From Bacteroidota bacterium (GTDB taxonomy: Bacteria > Bacteroidota > Bacteroidia > AKYH767-A > 2013-40CM-41-45), in the NCBI GenBank assembly GCA_003389385.1, contig QQVM01000009.1, positions 66,590 to 130,589 on the forward strand: 64,000 nucleotides of DNA, given 5' to 3'. Position 1 is the first letter of the stretch. The number at the start of each line of letters is the position of its first letter. Below the pieces are notes generated by a model that saw only the letters and a list, made by a program, of their open reading frames with translations, was not told the DNA's origin and ran no database searches. Made by a program: the position numbers and the translations under genes. This document shows positions 8,413-18,415 of this stretch, piece by piece.

Positions 8413-9651
8413 TTATTGTCCGGAAGTGCCAGAATTTCTTCTGTGTTGTCCTGGTTTTCGCCTGAACTTTTTGTTATTGAAATTTCTTTTCATTTTTGTT
8501 GCCTGTGGATTCCATGCAGGTCCCTTCCCTAAATGTTCAGGGAGCTCAGTTTTTGAAACTTCCTTTTCAATAAGCTCTTCAATCTGTGCAAATCTTTTCT
8601 GATCCTTTTCATTGATGAAAGTGATGGCTTCACCTTTAGTATCAGCTCTGGCGGTCCGTCCGATCCGGTGCACATAATCTTCCGCATCATGTGGCACATC
8701 AAAGTTTATCACAAGACTTATATTTTCAATGTCTATTCCGCGTGAAAGAATATCGGTAGCTACCAAAATGTTTGTACTTCGGTTTTTAAATCCAAGTAAA
8801 ACATTTTCTCTTTCTTCCTGGGTCAGATCAGAGTGAATTGACTTCACCGAGAGATTGACTCTTCGCAATTCCTTTTCAAGCGCTTTCACACCGCTTTTTG
8901 TTGAAGCGAATATCAGCACGCTTTGGTCTTTTCTGTTTTCAAGTATATGCGAGCACAGGGATATTTTTTTATCATCATACACCAGATATGCCGACTGCTG
9001 AATTCCGGCGGCCGGCTTGCTGATAGCTATGCTCACCTCAGCGGGATCTTTCAGTGTTCTCTTTGCCAGCTCACGCATTTTAGGAGGCATTGTAGCGCTG
9101 AAAAGCAGATTCTGCCTTTTCGCCGGAAGAAAATTCATGATCTTGATCAGGTCTTCGTAGAAACCCATGTCGAGCATCTTGTCTGCTTCGTCAAGTATCA
9201 GCACATCCAGCTTGTCGAATTTAACATAGCCCAGGTTGAGATGACTGATGAGACGACCGGGAGTGGCAATGATAACTGAAGTTCCGATGCTGAGAGCTTT
9301 CTTTTCCTTCTCAAAAGTTTGTCCGTCTCCGCCACCGTATACTGCAAGAGAACTCGCATGTGTAAAATATGCGAAGCCCTGAAATGCCTGGTCAATCTGA
9401 AGGGCCAGTTCACGCGTCGGAGCAAGAATAAGCGCAGAAGTATGCGGTATTTCATCCAGCGCAATTCTGTTGAGTGTAGGTAGAATATATGCAGCTGTTT
9501 TACCAGTGCCTGTTTGTGCACAGGCAATCAGATCTTTCCCTGACATTATGAGCGGAATTACCTTTTCCTGAATGGGCGTTGGTTTTTCGAAGCCCATGGA
9601 GTCAAGTCCGTCCATAAGAGAGTCGCAAAAGCTGAATGAGTCGAAATTCAA
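8413..9651 (-). CDS. DEAD-box ATP-dependent RNA helicase (RhlE-like)
   Basis: Q-motif region GFEKPTPIQ, Walker A AQTGTGKT, DEAD, SAT and HRIGRTAR, plus a basic C-terminal tail. A CAAAtaTA box (TAtaTTTG on the coding strand) lies 20 nt upstream. Confidence 0.93.
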   Translation of the reverse strand: MNFDSFSFCDSLMDGLDSMGFEKPTPIQEKVIPLIMSGKDLIACAQTGTGKTAAYILPTLNRIALDEIPHTSALILAPTRELALQIDQAFQGFAYFTHASSLAVYGGGDGQTFEKEKKALSIGTSVIIATPGRLISHLNLGYVKFDKLDVLILDEADKMLDMGFYEDLIKIMNFLPAKRQNLLFSATMPPKMRELAKRTLKDPAEVSIAISKPAAGIQQSAYLVYDDKKISLCSHILENRKDQSVLIFASTKSGVKALEKELRRVNLSVKSIHSDLTQEERENVLLGFKNRSTNILVATDILSRGIDIENISLVINFDVPHDAEDYVHRIGRTARADTKGEAITFINEKDQKRFAQIEELIEKEVSKTELPEHLGKGPAWNPQATKMKRNFNNKKFRRKPGQHRRNSGTSGQ

Positions 9652-9670
9652 AATAGATTAATTTTGATGG

Positions 9671-9678
9671 CAAATATA
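9671..9678 (-). promoter_or_regulatory. Candidate -7 box TAtaTTTG (minus strand)
   Basis: caaatata on the plus strand, 20 nt upstream of the helicase ATG. Confidence 0.4.
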
Positions 9679-9757
9679 GGTAAATTGAGCGGCGTAAGTA
9701 ACAATTTCATGGAAGATGAAATTCACGGAGTTGTCATTAAATTATTTTTACAGTCCA

Positions 9758-9765
9758 TACCTTTG
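9758..9765 (+). promoter_or_regulatory. Candidate -7 box TAccTTTG
   Basis: 17 nt upstream of the WG-repeat gene ATG. Confidence 0.4.
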
Positions 9766-9782
9766 TAAAGGTTAAAAATAAC

Positions 9783-11897
9783 ATGAAAAAATTTCTGATT
9801 ATAATCTTCTGCTTATGCAGTTTTAATTCGGCTTTTTCAGGACGGCTTGACAAAGGGTTTGAGAGACTTTCTATCTATGATTACTTTGCTGCCAAGGAAC
9901 ATTTTTACAAGTCTTTGAAGAAGCATCCAGCTGCTGCATCATATGGACTGAGTATTATATATGGCAGAAATGACAACCCTTTTTTTAATCTTGATTCTGC
10001 GAGAGTTCACATTTTAAATGCAGGATATGAGTATGTAAGGCTATCAGAAAAACAGAAAAGAAAGTACAGCGAATTCGGTGTATCTGATTCATCAATTGTT
10101 TACATGCAGGACAGCATTTGCAGCAAAGCATTTAACCAGGCCACTTCTTTTTCGTCAGTGGAAAGATTCAATATTTTCATTGAGAGATTTTCCTTTTGCA
10201 GGTATTTGGACGAAGCAATTGATCTGAGAAATGAAGTGGCCTTCGAAGAAGCAAGACGTCTTAACACCTCTGCGGCATACAAAACTTTCATGGACACTTA
10301 CCCGGATGCGGAGCAATTCAATGATGCATTCAACCGCTTTCAGGAAAGACAGTTTGAAGAAGAAACATCATCCAGAAGCCTCACTTCATACGTGCGATTC
10401 ATTGAAAAGCATCCTGATAGTCCATACCGTACGCAGGCCGAAAGAATGGTATATCAGTTAAGCACTTCCTCGAAAAACATCAAGGATTATTTAGCATTCA
10501 TTCGAAGATATCCTGATAATCGTTTTACCGCTGAAGCCTGGAGGGAAGTGTACAAAATCAGCATGGAGGAATTTAATGAACAGACATTCCTGAAATTCAA
10601 ATATGATTATCCGGATTATCCTTTTAAAGATGAGCTGGAAAATGATTACCGCTTGCAGACTTCCGTATTTCTTCCTTTCAGGGAAAATGGCAAATGGGGA
10701 TACATGAATGAGTTAGGAGAGTTGATGATACAATCTCAATACGACGAGGTGAACCTGTTCAGCGAAGGTCTTGCATCAGTCTCCAAAGACGGAAAGTTCG
10801 GGTATATCAATAAGAGCGGACAAACAATTATTCCTTTTCAGTTTAACGATGCGGAAAGATTTCAGAACAATACCGCCATTGTAAGAACCGGTGATAAGTA
10901 TGGAATGATCAGCAGAAGCGGTGAATTCATCATACCTGCTAACTATGATGAATTGTCGGAGGCATCAGAAGGATTTTGTGTGGCAATCCTGGGGGGCAAG
11001 GCTGGCTACATTCATAAGCCAACAAGGAAAGCTTTGACCGACTTCGCATTCATTTCGGCCGATGATTTCAAAGATGGATATGCTATTGTGGAGAATGATG
11101 AAGGTTTCGGATTAATTAATGTGCTTGGGAAATTCAGCATTGAACCGCGCTATGAAGAAATGACATGGGCCGGAACAGGACTTCTCAAGGCAAGTCTGAA
11201 CGAATACTGGGGTTTGCTTAGCACCGTAGGAAGAGTGATTGTGCCTTTTCAGTATGATGCAATTGGTGAAATGACTGAGAACAGAATTCTGCTGGTAAAA
11301 AACGGCAGGTGTGGATTTGCAGATGAAACGGGAAATATCCTTATACCTGTAACATATCGCTTCACAGAAAAATTTCTGCAGAATGCATATTTCCGAAACG
11401 GTTATGTAAAGCTGAATGACAGGAATAAAATTTTTGTACTGGACTCCCTGGGCAAGCGTTTTCAGATCAGCGGATATGAAAATAACGGCATGCCATCAGA
11501 AAATTTAATCCCCGTGCAAAGAAACAGAAAATGGGGGTATGCTGATTTACTGGGGAAAATTAAAATCCCGACTCAATTTCTGGATGCAACTTCATTCAAT
11601 GAAGGTCTTGCCATTGTGAGAACAGAAAGGGGATACGGAGTAATTGATTCCGGACTTGTCTGGATAGTCCCAGCGCAATTTGATGACATCAAAGTAATTC
11701 CCGAATGCATCATCACCCGAAAGCAGGGGAAGTCTGGCATTTATTCCCGTAGCGGAAAATTGCTGGCGGAAGCTACATATGACCGTGTAGATTTTATCGA
11801 AGGAAAAGTTGCATGGCTTCAGGCGGATGGTAACAGCACATATATTAATCTGGAGAAGAGCAGAATCATTTTTAAAAGGGCAGATTCTCAAGAGTGA
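9783..11897 (+). CDS. WG-repeat (KWG) protein with N-terminal helical-repeat region, secreted
   Basis: 704 aa with a signal peptide. The N-terminal half carries a repeated Y/FxxF(I)xxYPD motif. The C-terminal half carries many GKWGY/GKFGYI/DKYGMI/GYGVID WG-type repeats. Confidence 0.8.
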   Translation: MKKFLIIIFCLCSFNSAFSGRLDKGFERLSIYDYFAAKEHFYKSLKKHPAAASYGLSIIYGRNDNPFFNLDSARVHILNAGYEYVRLSEKQKRKYSEFGVSDSSIVYMQDSICSKAFNQATSFSSVERFNIFIERFSFCRYLDEAIDLRNEVAFEEARRLNTSAAYKTFMDTYPDAEQFNDAFNRFQERQFEEETSSRSLTSYVRFIEKHPDSPYRTQAERMVYQLSTSSKNIKDYLAFIRRYPDNRFTAEAWREVYKISMEEFNEQTFLKFKYDYPDYPFKDELENDYRLQTSVFLPFRENGKWGYMNELGELMIQSQYDEVNLFSEGLASVSKDGKFGYINKSGQTIIPFQFNDAERFQNNTAIVRTGDKYGMISRSGEFIIPANYDELSEASEGFCVAILGGKAGYIHKPTRKALTDFAFISADDFKDGYAIVENDEGFGLINVLGKFSIEPRYEEMTWAGTGLLKASLNEYWGLLSTVGRVIVPFQYDAIGEMTENRILLVKNGRCGFADETGNILIPVTYRFTEKFLQNAYFRNGYVKLNDRNKIFVLDSLGKRFQISGYENNGMPSENLIPVQRNRKWGYADLLGKIKIPTQFLDATSFNEGLAIVRTERGYGVIDSGLVWIVPAQFDDIKVIPECIITRKQGKSGIYSRSGKLLAEATYDRVDFIEGKVAWLQADGNSTYINLEKSRIIFKRADSQE

Positions 11898-11939
11898 TTC
11901 CATTGCTTTTTATTAATTTGCAGACAATAAGAGAACAAA

Positions 11940-14756
11940 ATGTCTGCCGAAAAAAAGCTTTTTCTTCTGGACGCAATGGCACTGATATACAGAGCTTACT
12001 TCGCATTCAGCAATAATCACCGCATCAATTCAAAAGGTCAGAACACTTCTGCCGTATTCGGATTCACCAACACATTGCTTGATGTGCTGAAGAATGAAAA
12101 ACCGACTCACATTGCAGTAGTATTTGATACTGCGGCGCCCACTTCACGTCATGAAGAGTTTACTGATTACAAAGCCAACAGGCAGGAAATTCCTGAGGAC
12201 CTTGCTGCTTCTATTCCTGTAGTGGTGAAGCTTTGCGAGGCATTCAGAATACCTGTACTTGCCATTGATGGATATGAAGCTGACGATGTGATTGGAACCA
12301 TGGCTAAAATTGCCGAGAAGGAGGGCTTCAGAACTTACATGATGACCCCGGATAAAGATTTTGGCCAGCTTGTAGATTCAAACACTTTTATATACAAGCC
12401 TGCACGTGCCGGAGGAAAAGCTGAAATAATGGGTGTCGAGGAAGTTTGTAAGCGTTGGGAAATTGAAAACGTAGAGCAGGTGATTGATATACTTGGTTTG
12501 ATGGGAGATAAAGTCGATAACATTCCAGGTATTCCCGGTATAGGTGAAAAGACCGCCATACAACTTGTGAAACAGTTCGGATCGATTGAAAATCTCTTAG
12601 AGAACACTGACCAGCTCAAAGGAAAGCTTAAAGAAAAAGTAGAGCAAAACAAGGAGATGGCAATTCAGTCTAAATACCTTGCAACCATCATTGTGGATGC
12701 TCCTGTGGATGTTAGTCCTGAAGACCTGAAGTTGCAAGAGCCAGACAGGGAAGCTGTCAGCCTTCTCTTTGCTGATTTGGAATTCAGAAGACTGGCAGAC
12801 CAGCTTGATTTACTTCAGTCCGACAAAGGAACAGTCGCACCTGGCAAGGTCTCTAAATCAATCACTCCGGCTCAGGCCACTTTGTTTGGAGTTGATGAGG
12901 AGGAGAGCAATGAACTGCTGTCATCCAATGGCCCTAAAGTGCTGAAGAATATTTCGGAGGTAAAACACGATTACATTTTAGCAGACACTGAAAAGAAAAG
13001 AAAGGAACTCATCAGTCAATTATCGTCTTCAAAAGAGTTTTGCTTCGACACTGAAACGACAGGACTGGACACACAAAGTGCAGAACTAGTAGGAATGTCT
13101 TTTGCAATAAAAGTAAAAGAAGCATTTTATGTACCGGTGCCAGATAATTTTGAATCAGCCAAGAAAATCTGTCTTGAATTCTCAGAAGTATTCGCGAATG
13201 AAAAGATCAGAAAGATTGCACAAAATCTGAAATATGACCTGAGCATATTGAAAAGATACGGAATTGATATAAGAGGAGAATTGTTTGATACCATGATCGC
13301 TCACTTTCTGATTCGTCCGGAAATGCGGCACAGCATGGATGTTCTTGCTGAAACTTACCTCAATTACTCGCCAGTGTCCATCGAGAGTCTGATAGGAAAA
13401 AAAGGCAAGGATCAGAAAAGCATGCGCGACGTTCCTTTGGAACAGATTACAGAATATGCTGCTGAAGATGCGGACATCACTCTCCAGCTTTACTCCGCAT
13501 TCGTTCCTGAATTAAAGACTACCAAGACAGAAAAATTGTTTCATGAAGTGGAGATGCCTCTGGTACCCGTGCTTGCTGACATGGAATCCGAAGGAATTAG
13601 TCTGAATGTGGAAACACTCGAACAATTGTCGGATTCACTGGCTAATGACATTTCATCCACTGAAATGGAAATTCAAAAACTGGCGGGCGCAGAATTCAAT
13701 ATAAGTTCGCCTAAGCAGGTTGGTGAAGTGCTTTTTGACCGGTTAAAAATTTCTGACAAGCCGGCGAAGACAAAAACCGGACAGTATTCCACCAGCGAAG
13801 ATGTATTGAGCAAACTTGAAAACAAACATCCCATCGTCAGAATGATTTTGGATTACCGTGAGCTCAACAAGCTTAAGAATACATATGTAGATGTACTACC
13901 TCAGCTTGTAAATCCCTCTACCGGAAGGATACATACATCATTCAACCAGGTTGTAGCCGTGACCGGAAGACTGAGTTCGGACAATCCGAATCTGCAGAAT
14001 ATTCCTATCCGGACTGAAAAGGGGCGTGAAATAAGGAAAGCTTTTGTTCCGCGCGGCAAAGACTATCTCTTGTTTTCTGCAGACTATTCCCAAATTGAAC
14101 TTCGGATCATCGCGGAGTTGAGCGGTGATGAAGGTATGCTTGAAGCATTCAGAAGCGGCGAAGACATTCATGCAGCTACTGCCTCGAAGGTTTATGGTGT
14201 TCCTTTAAAAGATGTGAACTCAGACATGCGGAGAAATGCCAAGATGGTGAACTTCGGAATCATCTATGGGATATCAGCATTCGGACTTGCAGACCGTTTG
14301 AATATTTCCAGGACAGAAGCAAAGGAAATAATCGACAACTATTTTATTCAGTATCCACAGATCAAGGATTACATGGATCTGAGCATAGAGAGCGCGAGAA
14401 AGAAAGGATACGTAGAAACAATACTCGGAAGAAGAAGATATCTCAGGGACATTAATTCAGCCAATGCAACTGTAAGAGGCTTTGCAGAGCGGAATGCAAT
14501 CAACGCTCCAATACAAGGCAGTGCGGCTGACATGATAAAAGTCGCCATGATCAACATCCACAAAGATATTCGAGAAAGGAAGTTGAAATCAAGAATGCTT
14601 CTTCAGGTGCATGACGAACTTGTGTTTGATTGTCACCGCGATGAGCAGGACACGCTTAAAGAATTAGTCACAGACAAAATGAAGAATGCCATTAAGCTAA
14701 AGGTTCCTGTTGATGTGGGTGTTGGCTTTGGTGAAAACTGGCTGGAAGCTCACTGA
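11940..14756 (+). CDS. polA: DNA polymerase I
   Basis: 938 aa. 5'-nuclease N-terminus (LLDAMALIYRAYFA), a 3'-5' exonuclease region (FCFDTETTGLD) and polymerase motifs (DYSQIELR, QVHDELVFD). Confidence 0.97.
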   Translation: MSAEKKLFLLDAMALIYRAYFAFSNNHRINSKGQNTSAVFGFTNTLLDVLKNEKPTHIAVVFDTAAPTSRHEEFTDYKANRQEIPEDLAASIPVVVKLCEAFRIPVLAIDGYEADDVIGTMAKIAEKEGFRTYMMTPDKDFGQLVDSNTFIYKPARAGGKAEIMGVEEVCKRWEIENVEQVIDILGLMGDKVDNIPGIPGIGEKTAIQLVKQFGSIENLLENTDQLKGKLKEKVEQNKEMAIQSKYLATIIVDAPVDVSPEDLKLQEPDREAVSLLFADLEFRRLADQLDLLQSDKGTVAPGKVSKSITPAQATLFGVDEEESNELLSSNGPKVLKNISEVKHDYILADTEKKRKELISQLSSSKEFCFDTETTGLDTQSAELVGMSFAIKVKEAFYVPVPDNFESAKKICLEFSEVFANEKIRKIAQNLKYDLSILKRYGIDIRGELFDTMIAHFLIRPEMRHSMDVLAETYLNYSPVSIESLIGKKGKDQKSMRDVPLEQITEYAAEDADITLQLYSAFVPELKTTKTEKLFHEVEMPLVPVLADMESEGISLNVETLEQLSDSLANDISSTEMEIQKLAGAEFNISSPKQVGEVLFDRLKISDKPAKTKTGQYSTSEDVLSKLENKHPIVRMILDYRELNKLKNTYVDVLPQLVNPSTGRIHTSFNQVVAVTGRLSSDNPNLQNIPIRTEKGREIRKAFVPRGKDYLLFSADYSQIELRIIAELSGDEGMLEAFRSGEDIHAATASKVYGVPLKDVNSDMRRNAKMVNFGIIYGISAFGLADRLNISRTEAKEIIDNYFIQYPQIKDYMDLSIESARKKGYVETILGRRRYLRDINSANATVRGFAERNAINAPIQGSAADMIKVAMINIHKDIRERKLKSRMLLQVHDELVFDCHRDEQDTLKELVTDKMKNAIKLKVPVDVGVGFGENWLEAH

Positions 14757-14771
14757 CGAATTATCATTCAG

Positions 14772-15296
14772 TTAAAAAAAGAAGTCTTCCAGCACTCTTA
14801 TTGAACTTGCCGGATGAATTTCATTCCAGCCGTTATTGCTATCACTAACAAATGTTCCCGTAACTTTTACTCTTTTACCGACTTCAGGCGTGTTCACGTC
14901 ATTTTCATATCCCTGGCAGGATCTGATAGCTGCAGGTTTCTGAGGAGGATAGTAGCAGATCACTTCAACCACAAGGCATGAATCCTGCAGGCGAATGTTG
15001 TAATCATTAAGAAGCACATTGTATTCTTTGTCCAGGCGAAGGCGATAGTGAATATCGCCATCATCATCTGGCTTTTTTGCAACAATCACTCCCGTAACTG
15101 AAATGCAGTCAGCAATTCTAACAAGACGTCCTGGTTTCCACACATGCTCCCAAAGCGTTTCATCACATTCATCTGACGCGAAAACCTTCAAGTCGGGAGG
15201 CTGATTGGTCTTATAGCGCATGTCCAGAAAAATTGCGCCTGCTATTGCTGTTAATGCAATCAATATGAAAAGCAGTAGTCTAATATTTCTTTTCAT
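14772..15296 (-). CDS. Hypothetical membrane-anchored protein
   Basis: Start taken at MKRNIRLLLFILIALTAIAG (ATG at 15296; the track ORF begins at a TTG at 15332). One N-terminal TM helix and a Cys-containing soluble domain. Confidence 0.6.
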   Translation of the reverse strand: MKRNIRLLLFILIALTAIAGAIFLDMRYKTNQPPDLKVFASDECDETLWEHVWKPGRLVRIADCISVTGVIVAKKPDDDGDIHYRLRLDKEYNVLLNDYNIRLQDSCLVVEVICYYPPQKPAAIRSCQGYENDVNTPEVGKRVKVTGTFVSDSNNGWNEIHPASSIRVLEDFFF

Positions 15297-15321
15297 GAAT
15301 CCCTTAGCCCGGAAGGGAAGG

Positions 15322-16005
15322 TTAAAATGCAATTCGCATTTTAACTCCAGCTCTCAGCGCCGGGCGCACATAGAAGCGTGTATCTTCAAAATCCAGTCGG
15401 CGGATTTCCGTACTGTCACAAATATCCTGCTTGAGAATGTCTGCTCTTAAAACGGAAGTCCCGCGCAAACCGATTCCGTAAAACATTTCCAGCACAAATG
15501 TTCTGTTGAAATGATATTCTTTCCCCCATAGAAACTCGAGGCCATACTTACTTCTGAATCTGTGTTGGTAAATGCACTCAATAAATTTGGTACCGGTCCT
15601 GCTGTCGGTTTTCTCGTTTTCAAGCCACTGATTGTTGTAGTAGAGATATTTATACATGATGGCCGGAGCAATGTAATCACGCCACTTAGAATCATCAACC
15701 GGCTTTTTGTACATCTTATATGCTATCCTGGCGCTAAATCCATGTTCTGAAAAATACCTTGTTGTACTCCAGTCTTTCGAGAGTTCTTCGAGGATTTCAT
15801 TCACGTAAATTAGTCCGGCCGCAAACTCCAGACTTTTACGTTCCGAGACATAGCGCGTATAGCTCATGTTCAGCTCATTGGTAGCCATCTGAGTCAGGTC
15901 GAATGAAATTCCGTTTTTAGGATCTTTTTTTTCATCCTGAGCCAGGCTGATCCCCGACGAAATCATCAGAATTAAGAATAAAATCAATGATTTAAGAGCT
16001 GACAT
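15322..16005 (-). CDS. Hypothetical secreted / outer-membrane-like protein
   Basis: Start taken at MSALKSLILFLILMISSGISLAQ (ATG at 16005; the track ORF starts at a TTG at 16026). Aromatic-rich with alternating hydrophobicity and ends in F, consistent with a beta-barrel. Confidence 0.6.
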   Translation of the reverse strand: MSALKSLILFLILMISSGISLAQDEKKDPKNGISFDLTQMATNELNMSYTRYVSERKSLEFAAGLIYVNEILEELSKDWSTTRYFSEHGFSARIAYKMYKKPVDDSKWRDYIAPAIMYKYLYYNNQWLENEKTDSRTGTKFIECIYQHRFRSKYGLEFLWGKEYHFNRTFVLEMFYGIGLRGTSVLRADILKQDICDSTEIRRLDFEDTRFYVRPALRAGVKMRIAF

Positions 16006-16133
16006 AAGCAATTTGAGAATGGACAAATTTTCAAAAAAAAAAAGACTTGCCCAATACTTAATTATAACTAAAAATACGAGCTGTTTTGATAATAGTTACC
16101 TGTTGAGGTAAAAAGACATTGATTGTAAAGCAC

Positions 16134-16160
16134 AAAAAAAGCCCTGCAAACTGCAGGGCT
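16134..16160 (-). terminator. Rho-independent terminator downstream of the M43 protease gene
   Basis: On the minus strand: agccctgca-gtt-tgcagggct (9-bp stem) followed by TTTTTTT, 20 nt after the stop codon at 16181. Confidence 0.8.
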
Positions 16161-16180
16161 TTCCAATGATTTGTTAAAGA

Positions 16181-18262
16181 TTATTCAGATACCATTAATC
16201 GACGAATGTGTTGCTTGCCATTTACATAAAGGTGAACCAGGTAAACCCCGTTTGCATGAACAGGCAATTCAAATTCATGGTAGCCACCATTCAAAGTCTT
16301 ATCTAGCATGTTGGCGATCAATCTTCCTGTAAGATCAGTAACGAACAGCTGAATATGATTAGGCTGGAGTAACTGGAACTGAATCTTGGTATGCTGTGCA
16401 GCAGGATTCGGATAAAGCGCAAAACCAAGCTGCATATCATCCACTTCATCGATGTTCACAATGTTCCCGGTGATGTTGATATCATCAATGTAAGTATTGT
16501 TTCCGCGGTCGCTGATGTTTTCAAACATGAACTTTACATTGGCTCGGGAAGCAAATGGATTCATATTGACGCTTTCAAGTCTCCACTGGCTCGCATTTGT
16601 AGGAGCATAGCTGAATGAAGTGATTGGAACAGTGGCGAGTGCAGCCCCGGCAAGAGTTTTTCTGACAGTCCATGCTTGTCCGCAATTGAGTGATCCGTAT
16701 ACTTTCAACTGATCATTCGATGTAGTTGTTCTTTGCGCATTGGAAACATAAAATGAAAGTACCGGCAGAGTGATGTTGGAAAAGTCGAATGATCTTGTGA
16801 TGTACTGATCCACTTCACCTACCACGTTATTGTAATTATTGATTCTGATGCAAGCGGTTCCGGTATAACCTGTTCCGGTTACACGTCCCCATCCCTGTCC
16901 GTTATCTGGATTCATTGTGTACCCGTCAGCTCCAGGAAAAGAGGCAGGGTCTTCAAAACTTTCGAAGAAAGGAGGGTTGGAGGTAGGCTGACCGGTAATT
17001 CTGATGTAATTTGTTTTCACAATTGTGTCTGAGCCCGCAGAGTTTGTTGCAATAAGAGTCACATTGTAAGCACCGGCAGTTGGATATTGAACAGTCGGAT
17101 TGGAATCAGTCGATGTGGATGGAACTCCGCCAGGGAATTCCCAATACCATGAAGTTGCCGGGGAATTCCAGGAGAGGTCAGAGAATACAGCTGAACCTCC
17201 CGCACAATAGTTTGTGAAATTAGCCTTGAAGTCAGCATTCGGAATACAGACAGTTGGAGGTGCATTCAACACACCGGTTGCAATCAGGTTTGAGTTGGTC
17301 CAGAGATTATTCCTGCCGGCCACCCCTGAATTGAGTGTAGCGTGCATTCTTACTTTTTGTCCTTGAGTAAACATGACGTCGCAGAAGGAGTATTCCATGA
17401 AGTTCTGCCAGTTTTCTACAATTGGCGGATTGCATATTGATGCAGCACCCGGACCGGAAGGGCAAAAGTTAAATCCTTTAGTGATGGGAGTATCACTTAC
17501 GTTATCGTCACCGCAGGCAACACCAGGATCATTGGTGCTTCCCCAGCAATGAAGCAGGTTCAGGACGTGTCCAAGTTCGTGAGTAAGGGTTCTTCCGCCA
17601 GTTCCACTTGCTGTGCCTATGCTTCCGACATAATTGTGACGCGAGATAATTCCGTCGAGCGAACTGCTTGGCGCTCCACCCGGAAGATAAGCCCATGCAG
17701 CAGCTCCGGTGTTTTCAAGAGAATTAGCAACCCAAATGTTGATGTATTTATTGTTTGGCCAGGGATTAAGTTTGGAACTATTGTTTGCCACATAAGTTTT
17801 ATTGGTGACAATCCTGTCAATTCCGTTTGTACAGTTGCCGTTAGGGTCAAGATTGGCCAGACGGAATTCAATTTGTGCGTCAGCAGCAATGCCTTGGAAG
17901 GAAGGTGTGATTACAGTGGTATCAGCATTTCTCTTGTTGAAATCCTCATTGATGATTCGCATGGCATCCATCACTTGTGCGTCGGAAATATTTTCCTGTC
18001 CGTAATTGTGAAGAATGTGAAACACGACCGGGATGATGTAGATCGGTGTGCCATCGGGTCTGGACTGGCGATAGTTTCTGGAATAATCACGGGTAAAGTC
18101 TTCGAGCTGTTGTTGGATTCTGAGAATATCAGGATCAGCGTCCACAGCTTCTTTCATCTTTTGGTCGGTGAAGCAAACATGTCTTTCACCGGCACCGGGA
18201 TGGGCAAACGCAAAGTTCATGACAAGAGAGAAGAATGCCAGAACCAGGAGATTTTTCTTCAT
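16181..18262 (-). CDS. Secreted zinc metalloprotease, M43 (pappalysin/cytophagalysin-like), with PKD-like domain and T9SS C-terminal sorting domain
   Basis: 693 aa with a signal peptide. Zinc site is LTHELGHVLNLLHCWG. PKD-like segment is PTVQYPTAGAYNVTLIATNSAGSD. C-terminus is LYPNPAAQHTKIQF...GVYLVHLYV. Confidence 0.85.
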   Translation of the reverse strand: MKKNLLVLAFFSLVMNFAFAHPGAGERHVCFTDQKMKEAVDADPDILRIQQQLEDFTRDYSRNYRQSRPDGTPIYIIPVVFHILHNYGQENISDAQVMDAMRIINEDFNKRNADTTVITPSFQGIAADAQIEFRLANLDPNGNCTNGIDRIVTNKTYVANNSSKLNPWPNNKYINIWVANSLENTGAAAWAYLPGGAPSSSLDGIISRHNYVGSIGTASGTGGRTLTHELGHVLNLLHCWGSTNDPGVACGDDNVSDTPITKGFNFCPSGPGAASICNPPIVENWQNFMEYSFCDVMFTQGQKVRMHATLNSGVAGRNNLWTNSNLIATGVLNAPPTVCIPNADFKANFTNYCAGGSAVFSDLSWNSPATSWYWEFPGGVPSTSTDSNPTVQYPTAGAYNVTLIATNSAGSDTIVKTNYIRITGQPTSNPPFFESFEDPASFPGADGYTMNPDNGQGWGRVTGTGYTGTACIRINNYNNVVGEVDQYITRSFDFSNITLPVLSFYVSNAQRTTTSNDQLKVYGSLNCGQAWTVRKTLAGAALATVPITSFSYAPTNASQWRLESVNMNPFASRANVKFMFENISDRGNNTYIDDINITGNIVNIDEVDDMQLGFALYPNPAAQHTKIQFQLLQPNHIQLFVTDLTGRLIANMLDKTLNGGYHEFELPVHANGVYLVHLYVNGKQHIRRLMVSE

Positions 18263-18317
18263 GGTAATAAGTAGAATTTGAATGAATTATCTGGAAATGA
18301 ATGATGATATTACTTTT

Positions 18318-18325
18318 CAAATATA
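18318..18325 (-). promoter_or_regulatory. Candidate -7 box TAtaTTTG (minus strand)
   Basis: caaatata on the plus strand, 56 nt upstream of the M43 protease ATG. Confidence 0.35.
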
Positions 18326-18415
18326 GCAAAGTTTTGCCATTGAAATGCGAATACTGGTTTATGACAGTATTCTGACCAGAGAAGACGTAGAATTTGAGCA
18401 AAATAAGCTACTTGC

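Noticed and set aside
16033-16043. A11 homopolymer in the promoter region of the 15322-16005 gene as a phase-variation switch
   Set aside because: There is no evidence of length heterogeneity from a single sequence and no clear promoter elements flanking it. It is noted only as something to check in read data.
17549-18274. 241-aa plus-strand ORF
   Set aside because: It lies entirely antisense to the M43 metalloprotease gene, which carries an unambiguous HELGHxxxxxH site, a PKD segment and a T9SS tail. The antisense translation is low-complexity with no motif, so it is a shadow ORF.
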